From positions 807,998 to 871,997 of the forward strand of contig CAVVGM010000004.1 of assembly GCA_963747805.1 (NCBI GenBank): DNA of 64,000 bases, in the 5' to 3' direction. The position numbers and the translations under genes are program-made. Every line of letters begins with the position of its first letter. The first letter of the stretch is position 1. The stretch is from an uncultured Acidobacteriaceae bacterium (GTDB lineage Bacteria > Acidobacteriota > Terriglobia > Terriglobales > Acidobacteriaceae). Under the pieces are notes generated by a model. That model was not told the DNA's origin and did not search any database. It saw only the letters and a list, made by a program, of their open reading frames with translations. Below, one piece after another: positions 36,258 through 41,911 of this stretch.

Positions 36258-36512
36258 GTGCCACTTGCGCCTATGCCAAAACCACCCGACAACGACAGCC
36301 CCGAACAACAGAAGCGGAGCTTCTGGCTGCAGTTCGGCCGCTACAGCCAGTTGGCGTTCGCATTGCCCGCCGCAACGATCGCGGGTTGGCTTCTGGGCTC
36401 TCTGCTCGATCGCTGGCTGCACACGTCTTGGATCAGCGTAGTCGGCTTGCTGCTCGGCATTGCCGCAGGCCTGATTGAGCTGCTGCGAACCGTCTCCCGC
36501 GATATGCGCTGA
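36258..36512 (+). CDS. AtpZ/AtpI-family small membrane protein (F-ATPase operon leader gene)
   Basis: Two TM helices (YSQLAFALPAATIAGWLLGSLLD, WISVVGLLLGIAAGLIELL) directly upstream of the atp genes. ATG at 36273 is an alternative start. Confidence 0.7.
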   Translation: MPLAPMPKPPDNDSPEQQKRSFWLQFGRYSQLAFALPAATIAGWLLGSLLDRWLHTSWISVVGLLLGIAAGLIELLRTVSRDMR

Positions 36513-36526
36513 GGACTTTCAACCAG

Positions 36527-37057
36527 ATGGATTCGGCAACACCAGCATCGGACGACCCTGGGCCAACGAATCAAGGGCCAACGAATCAAGGAGCAACGAA
36601 TCAAGAACCAACGAGTCCCGGGGAGACGCACGGACCTGCGAGCCCGGAGGCCGCACCAGCCAATGATTTCTATTCGGGCGCAGTTGGGCGCATCCGCGGT
36701 TTCATGGCCGCCCTGGCGCTGGTACTCTCTGCGGCAGCCTGGTGGAGCTTCGGACGCTGGTCCGCGCTGGGTTTCGCCTTAGGTTGCGCCATCGCCTACC
36801 TCAATTTCCACTGGCTGAAGCGCGGCGTCAGCGGACTAGCCGACCGCGTCACCAACGCCGGCAAACCCCAGTCCGGCAGCGGGATCGTGGCCCGCTTCCT
36901 GCTGCGTTATGTTTTGCTGGGCGCCGCCGCGTATGTTATATTAACCAGTTTTCCCGCGAGCCTCCGGGGCCTCTTTGCGGGTCTGTGTTTACCCGTAGGA
37001 GCAATTGCCTGCGAAGCGATCTATGAGCTGTATGTATCTGTGTTTCGTGCCTCTTAG
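36527..37057 (+). CDS. atpI: ATP synthase subunit I-like membrane protein with an N-terminal GPTNQ repeat
   Basis: Position immediately upstream of atpB. Four hydrophobic helices (FLLRYVLLGAAAYVILT etc.). Confidence 0.6.
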   Translation: MDSATPASDDPGPTNQGPTNQGATNQEPTSPGETHGPASPEAAPANDFYSGAVGRIRGFMAALALVLSAAAWWSFGRWSALGFALGCAIAYLNFHWLKRGVSGLADRVTNAGKPQSGSGIVARFLLRYVLLGAAAYVILTSFPASLRGLFAGLCLPVGAIACEAIYELYVSVFRAS

Positions 37058-37099
37058 CAAAGCCTCCGCACAATGGCGGAGGAAGCTTAGGAATTCGAA

Positions 37100-37141
37100 G
37101 CTCAAAGCCAAGAGCTAAAAGCCGAGAGCTAAAAGCTGTCT
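37100..37141. repeat. Six tandem heptamers (GCTCAAA GCCAAGA GCTAAAA GCCGAGA GCTAAAA GCTGTCT) ending 1 nt before the atpB ATG
   Basis: Read directly. It is preceded by a 7-bp hairpin, cctccgc-acaatg-gcggagg (37064-37083). Confidence 0.9.
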
Positions 37142-37142
37142 T

Positions 37143-37901
37143 ATGCCTGAACAACTCTGGTTCACCGAAATCCTGAACCGCTTTCTGGCCGGCCCGGTCA
37201 CGGCGCTGCTCGGACTGCTGCATATTCCGCCCAAGCATCCGGACGCTCCCATCACCAATGCCTTCGCCATGGAACTGGTAGTTGCGTTTCTCCTGATTGC
37301 CGTGTTTCTGCTGCTGCGCTCGCGCTTGTCGGTGGACTCGCCCGGCGCCCTGCAGCACATTTTCGAAGGCACCGAAGGTTTCGTACTCGGCCAGAGCCGC
37401 GAAATTATCGGCCATCACAGCGAGCCTTACATTGCGTTCTTTGCCATCTTATTTATTTTCATTCTCGCCTGTAACCTGATCGGATTGGTTCCCGGCTTCG
37501 AGTCGCCCACAGGAGTTACGGTGGTGCCGCTCGGTTGCGCGATCTGCTCGTTCTTGTACTACCACATCCAAGGCTTCAAGCACTCGGGACCGAAATACCT
37601 CTTGCATTTCTTCGGACCGCCGATGGAAGGCATGCCGTTGATAGCCCGCATCGGGTTGGCAGCATTGATGTTGCCAATCGAACTGGTCAGCCACACAGCG
37701 CGATTGCTTTCGCTTACAGTTCGTCTCTGGGCTAACATTTTCGCCGGCGACCTGATCACCCTGGTTTTCCTTTCCATGATCCCGATTGGCGTTCCCATCA
37801 TCTTCATGGGTCTCCACATAATGGTCGCTGTTTTGCAAGCATACGTTTTCATGCTGTTGTCGATCATCTACGTCTCCGGCGCAGTCGCCGAAGAACACTG
37901 A
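37143..37901 (+). CDS. atpB: F0F1 ATP synthase subunit a
   Basis: LSLTVRLWANIFAGDL (essential Arg context), with 5-6 TM helices. Confidence 0.9.
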   Translation: MPEQLWFTEILNRFLAGPVTALLGLLHIPPKHPDAPITNAFAMELVVAFLLIAVFLLLRSRLSVDSPGALQHIFEGTEGFVLGQSREIIGHHSEPYIAFFAILFIFILACNLIGLVPGFESPTGVTVVPLGCAICSFLYYHIQGFKHSGPKYLLHFFGPPMEGMPLIARIGLAALMLPIELVSHTARLLSLTVRLWANIFAGDLITLVFLSMIPIGVPIIFMGLHIMVAVLQAYVFMLLSIIYVSGAVAEEH

Positions 37902-37953
37902 AAAGCAGGGGACAGTCAGCGGGCAGTGAGTGCGTTGCAGATACACGATTTTT

Positions 37954-37983
37954 CTGAGAGCTGAGAGCTGAAGGCTGAGAGCC
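37954..37983. repeat. Four tandem heptamers (CTGAGAG x2, CTGAAGG, CTGAGAG) in the atpB-atpE spacer
   Basis: Read directly. In the alternative phase these read GCTGAGA/GCTGAAG, the same family as the other arrays. Confidence 0.9.
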
Positions 37984-38073
37984 ACGACCTTAGAACTGTC
38001 CGCAAGCGTGAGGGCGTCTGCACGGTATGGCGTCAACCACCCACTGGCGGAAATTTAATACGAGGAGAAAACA

Positions 38074-38376
38074 ATGCGTAAGTTAAGTTATATGTTCATG
38101 ACTCTATCTGGTCTTTGCTTCGCCATGCCTGCATTTGCGCAGGGCGGGACGATGACTGACGCCAGTTGGGTCGCCATCACCGCCGGATTCTCCATGGCCA
38201 TCGCTTCCGCGGTCTGCGGCCTCGCCCAAGGCAAGGCCACAGCCGCCGCCACTGAAGCCCTGGCCCGCAACCCTGCCGCACGGCCAGGCATCCAGTTCGC
38301 CCTCCTGCTGGGCCTGGTGCTGATCGAATCACTAGCGCTGTACACGCTCGCGATTATCTTCCTGAAAGTGAAGTAG
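38074..38376 (+). CDS. atpE: F0F1 ATP synthase subunit c with a signal-peptide-like N-terminal extension
   Basis: The hairpin core is ...AVCGLAQGKATAAATEALARNPAARP...LLGLVLIESLALYTLAIIF. AGGAG RBS upstream. The N-terminus is MRKLSYMFMTLSGLCFAMPAFA|QG. Confidence 0.9.
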   Translation: MRKLSYMFMTLSGLCFAMPAFAQGGTMTDASWVAITAGFSMAIASAVCGLAQGKATAAATEALARNPAARPGIQFALLLGLVLIESLALYTLAIIFLKVK

Positions 38377-38392
38377 AAGGAACCGCCACAAA

Positions 38393-38433
38393 ATCAAAAG
38401 CCTCTGCCCATTCGCCGGGCAGAGGCTTTTGAT
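38393..38433. terminator. Bidirectional Rho-independent terminator between atpE (+) and the 921-aa gene (-)
   Basis: 17-bp perfect stem atcaaaagcctctgccc / gggcagaggcttttgat with a 7-nt loop, a GC-rich core and U-rich tails in both orientations. Confidence 0.8.
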
Positions 38434-38438
38434 TTGAA

Positions 38439-38510
38439 GTCTGAGTCTGAGTCTGAAGTCCGAAAGCTAAAAGCTGAAAGCTAAGAGCCAAGAGCCAAGA
38501 GCCAAGAGCC
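38439..38510. repeat. GTCTGA x3 hexamers followed by ~6.5 heptamers (GCTAAAA GCTGAAA GCTAAGA GCCAAGA x3) ending at the stop codon of the minus-strand 921-aa gene
   Basis: Read directly. The stop codon of the 921-aa gene (cta on the plus strand) is at 38511-38513. Confidence 0.9.
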
Positions 38511-41276
38511 CTATCCCTTGCGCTCGCCGCTCCACTCCTGCCCCTTGTTCTGGGCAATCTGGTTCATGGCTTCCACCAGCACTCTACGCAGGCGGTAACG
38601 GCTCTCCAGATCGGTATTCACAATCTCGAATCCCACTTCGTTGACGCGCGCGCGGCGCAGCAACACATGCGCGCGGACCTTAGCCCGCATACCCACAGAA
38701 ATTTCCAGGTCCGCCTCACTGCCGATGCGCAGGTTGTCTTCTTTGGTCCCCATGCCGCCGCCCAGGCTGAGCTCGCGAATCATGATCCGCGATTTTCCCC
38801 ACGAGCTGCCAATGGTCGCGCTCACCGTGCGCGACAGCACCATGCGTTCGTAGCGACGTTGCCGTACCCAGGGGCATGCCGGAGCCATATCCAGCGGCGC
38901 AATCGCCAACTCCGCCGGCTCCAGCCCGCTGTCGGCGAGCACCTGCGGGCCATAGCGTGGGTCCGTCTTGGACAAAGCCTGTGCCGCCGCAATGCGCAGC
39001 TCGCGGTGGTGAACCCAACCAAAAGTTTTCTTGGCCTCAAGAATTTCGCGCAGCGTGGCCACAGCTTCAGGATCCCGCAACCGCCCCAGCGACTCGATCG
39101 CTTTCAACTGGATGAAGGGCGAACGCGAAGCCGACTCTCCCGGGCGTGCCATCGCAATCAGCGGCTGGGCAGCAGTAATGTCGCCGCTCATGCCAATCTC
39201 GTCAACCGCTTCCGGCAACACCAGCGGGTCGAGAATCTCGGCCAACTCCAGCAGCGTGCGGCCGCGGTCGATAGCCGCTCCATAAGCGATCTGCCGAACC
39301 GTAATATCGTGATAGAAGCGATTCCATTCCGGCAACCGCATGGGCAGCAATTCCAGCAGCGTGGCCGTATCCAGCCGGCTCAAAATCCCCACCGCCGCAG
39401 AAGCCTGCCGCAATTGTCCAGTGCGCAGAATCTCGCGCAGCTGGGCCATCACCGGCGCACCGACTTCCTTGACCAGTTCGATCATGCGGTCGCATTCATC
39501 ACGCCGCATGCAGCGGAAGAAGCGATCGGCCAAATGCTCTGCTCCGGCGCTGGCTGTCCGCCGCAAAACTGCAATCAGATCCTTGGGCACGGGGTCGCTG
39601 CGCAGGGCTTCTTCGATAAATTCAGGCAGCCGGTTTTCCACGCCCACGCGTGGCCGCAAGTCATTTCCCATCACCGGGCGTTGCGTGAAAACCGCTTCCA
39701 TGCTGGTGCAAACCTGATTCACCGCAGCGTAGTTCTTCGATGAACTCGCTTCCTGGCTCAACCGCACGAAAGCCGCGCTGATCAAGCTCTGCAGCTCGGA
39801 ATCCTTTTCCGTGATCAGCTGCTCGCTCAACTTGTGGATGGCGTCTCCCATGGCCTCACCGCCGAGCCGGGAGTAAAGATCGGCTAACTGGCTCAACCCA
39901 ATGGCGATCTTGCGGCGCGGCTCGATTTCTCGCGCATTCATGCAGCCGGAGTAGTTCTTCAAAATGTCTTCCGCGGTCTGCTTGTCGTCCCGTTCCAGCA
40001 GCACTTCCACAAACTGGCGCACGTTGCGCGGCGGGACGCAGGCCGCCTCATGCGAGAGCAGCACGCTTTTCTTTCCCGACTCCGGCACTTCCGCCCAGAA
40101 CATGCGGTCAAGAATGTCGGCATGCGAATCAATCAGGATGCCGGCCTTGCTCATTTTGTCTTCTTGCGTGCGCAGGATCTTGCGCAACGAGTCCATCTGC
40201 CGGCTCATGTGCTCCATCATCTGGTGCACGGCATTTACTTTGACTTCGCCCTTCTGGTACCGCTCCAGGGCGAAACGAATCGCCATATGCTCGGCCGCCT
40301 TCATCAGCAGCGGCGCATCCTCCTCCTCCGAGGTTGCCGCTTTCGCGGAAAGGCTGCCCAGCAGTTGTTGCAGGTTCAGCCGCGTATTAGGATCAACCGC
40401 AGCCATGTCTTTCTGCAGATCTTCCGTTCCAATACTGGGATCGTTCTGTGCTTGCCCGAAGCGAGTGAGCAGGCGAATGGCCTGCACCACTTCTTCTTCC
40501 TGTAAAGGCACAATGCCGCCGGTCCACGCCGGAGCAACGCCAGTTCCCGTACCGCCGCCACCACCGCCGCCGAGAGGAACGTTCGGCACGCTGCCCAGCG
40601 GTGCAGTTGGTCCGCCAACCGGCCCTTCGCCCTTGGAGTTCGCTCCCTCCGCGGCCGCAATCAACTGCAACAGCTTCTGCGGATCATTCAGCCATTGCTT
40701 AAACTCAGGACCCAGCGTCTGCGCCGCGATCTGCGCCGCGATGCTCACGTCTCCCGTAAGCGGATCGGCGGCAACAAACTTGACCTCGTTAATCCGAATG
40801 GTGCTGTTATTGTTCCCGAGGCCCAGAGCTTCTTTAATTTGCTTCGAAACATCCTGAGCCTTCGAGCCCCCGATGGTAAACGCCCGCACCAGTCGCGTGA
40901 AATCTTCGATCGTAACGTCTTTGGAAAAATGCAAGCTGGCCAGCCCGGCCGCGTTCAACAGGTTTGCAAAGCTGCGCTCCGCGTTTCCTGTCTCCAGTGG
41001 AATTCCATCGAGCAACAACTTGTTGTCCGACACGCCCAGCAAAAAGCCGCTGTCTCCCGCTGTGGGCAGGCCGTTCTGCAGTTCGTTCCACGTAGTCTCG
41101 AACTGCGCTTCGGTGCGCTTGTGCTCGTAGCCATACATACGCGCGTACTTGATCAGAATGTTCAGGCTATGAACAAACGCACGCGCCGAAGCGGCCCGGT
41201 TCTCTTGAGATGTGCTCTGGGCGGTGATAAGAATCTCCTCTAAACCCGCAGTAGCGCACACCAAGGGTAAGACCAA
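38511..41276 (-). CDS. Large multidomain protein: conserved N-terminal region, Gly-run linker, HEAT/PBS-lyase-like repeats and a C-terminal PilZ (c-di-GMP-binding) domain
   Basis: C-terminus has RQRRYER ... RELSLGGG (PilZ RxxxR and D/N-x-S-x-x-G-like motifs). HEAT-like LKAIESLGRLRDPEAVATLREIL. The start is uncertain (TTG at 41276; no early ATG). Confidence 0.75.
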   Translation of the reverse strand: MVLPLVCATAGLEEILITAQSTSQENRAASARAFVHSLNILIKYARMYGYEHKRTEAQFETTWNELQNGLPTAGDSGFLLGVSDNKLLLDGIPLETGNAERSFANLLNAAGLASLHFSKDVTIEDFTRLVRAFTIGGSKAQDVSKQIKEALGLGNNNSTIRINEVKFVAADPLTGDVSIAAQIAAQTLGPEFKQWLNDPQKLLQLIAAAEGANSKGEGPVGGPTAPLGSVPNVPLGGGGGGGTGTGVAPAWTGGIVPLQEEEVVQAIRLLTRFGQAQNDPSIGTEDLQKDMAAVDPNTRLNLQQLLGSLSAKAATSEEEDAPLLMKAAEHMAIRFALERYQKGEVKVNAVHQMMEHMSRQMDSLRKILRTQEDKMSKAGILIDSHADILDRMFWAEVPESGKKSVLLSHEAACVPPRNVRQFVEVLLERDDKQTAEDILKNYSGCMNAREIEPRRKIAIGLSQLADLYSRLGGEAMGDAIHKLSEQLITEKDSELQSLISAAFVRLSQEASSSKNYAAVNQVCTSMEAVFTQRPVMGNDLRPRVGVENRLPEFIEEALRSDPVPKDLIAVLRRTASAGAEHLADRFFRCMRRDECDRMIELVKEVGAPVMAQLREILRTGQLRQASAAVGILSRLDTATLLELLPMRLPEWNRFYHDITVRQIAYGAAIDRGRTLLELAEILDPLVLPEAVDEIGMSGDITAAQPLIAMARPGESASRSPFIQLKAIESLGRLRDPEAVATLREILEAKKTFGWVHHRELRIAAAQALSKTDPRYGPQVLADSGLEPAELAIAPLDMAPACPWVRQRRYERMVLSRTVSATIGSSWGKSRIMIRELSLGGGMGTKEDNLRIGSEADLEISVGMRAKVRAHVLLRRARVNEVGFEIVNTDLESRYRLRRVLVEAMNQIAQNKGQEWSGERKG

Positions 41277-41408
41277 TCGGTAAGTACTGGCAGATTACCG
41301 AGGTAACGGGGACGTGACCATCAGAACCCGCAAGGGCATGACCTGTAAGCGACTGGGAAGCTTCGTCCGGGCCGCAGGCACACCGTCTCATCAAGGTCGG
41401 CATTGCCG

Positions 41409-41750
41409 TCACTCCGTCAGCCCGACCAGCCAGAACTTCCTGGTTTTCTTGTCAGGGAATAGAAATTCGTAGATTTGCAAGGAATCATAGGCATTCTTGT
41501 GGTCATCTTCCACAAGCTTCGCCTTATAGTCGCCGAGTGCCAATAGCTTGTTGACGGCGACGTCAGATTCCAACTCACACTTCTTTCCATCGATCACGGC
41601 GCTCACCCTCTGCTGATGGGACGTAGAAGCGCCCTCGATGACCATGCGCGACGAGCTGACATGAACGTTGACGGTGTACTGTGCGGGGTCAGGATCCGCA
41701 GCCCAAGCCAGCGCGGAGAACAGCAGAATTACAAATGCCATCTTTTTCAT
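41409..41750 (-). CDS. Small secreted hypothetical protein (113 aa)
   Basis: ATG at 41750 after a GAGGGA RBS. Signal peptide MKKMAFVILLFSALAWA|ADP. The upstream part of the track ORF looks non-coding. Confidence 0.5.
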   Translation of the reverse strand: MKKMAFVILLFSALAWAADPDPAQYTVNVHVSSSRMVIEGASTSHQQRVSAVIDGKKCELESDVAVNKLLALGDYKAKLVEDDHKNAYDSLQIYEFLFPDKKTRKFWLVGLTE

Positions 41751-41911
41751 CGTTCCCTCATTTCCGTCTGCAACGATATTCCGCAGTATAAAGCTGACTC
41801 TTGCGCGGGCGGCAGAACACGAGATGTCCGCGCTCCAGACCTGCCGCGGTGCGAAAATGATACAGTCGATTTGTTCCGAGGAATTTTGTTTTGCCATCTT
41901 CCACCAGCAAT

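Noticed and set aside
29505-38510. Whether the intergenic tandem repeats could be CRISPR arrays
   Set aside because: Units are 6-7 nt and directly abutting with no spacers. No cas genes are present. These are microsatellite-type repeats, not CRISPR.
38667-40857. Two long plus-strand ORFs (358 aa and 297 aa)
   Set aside because: Both are antisense to the 921-aa PilZ/HEAT gene. Their translations are Arg/Ser/Ala/Cys-rich junk, while the minus-strand frame has balanced composition and recognisable PilZ and HEAT motifs.
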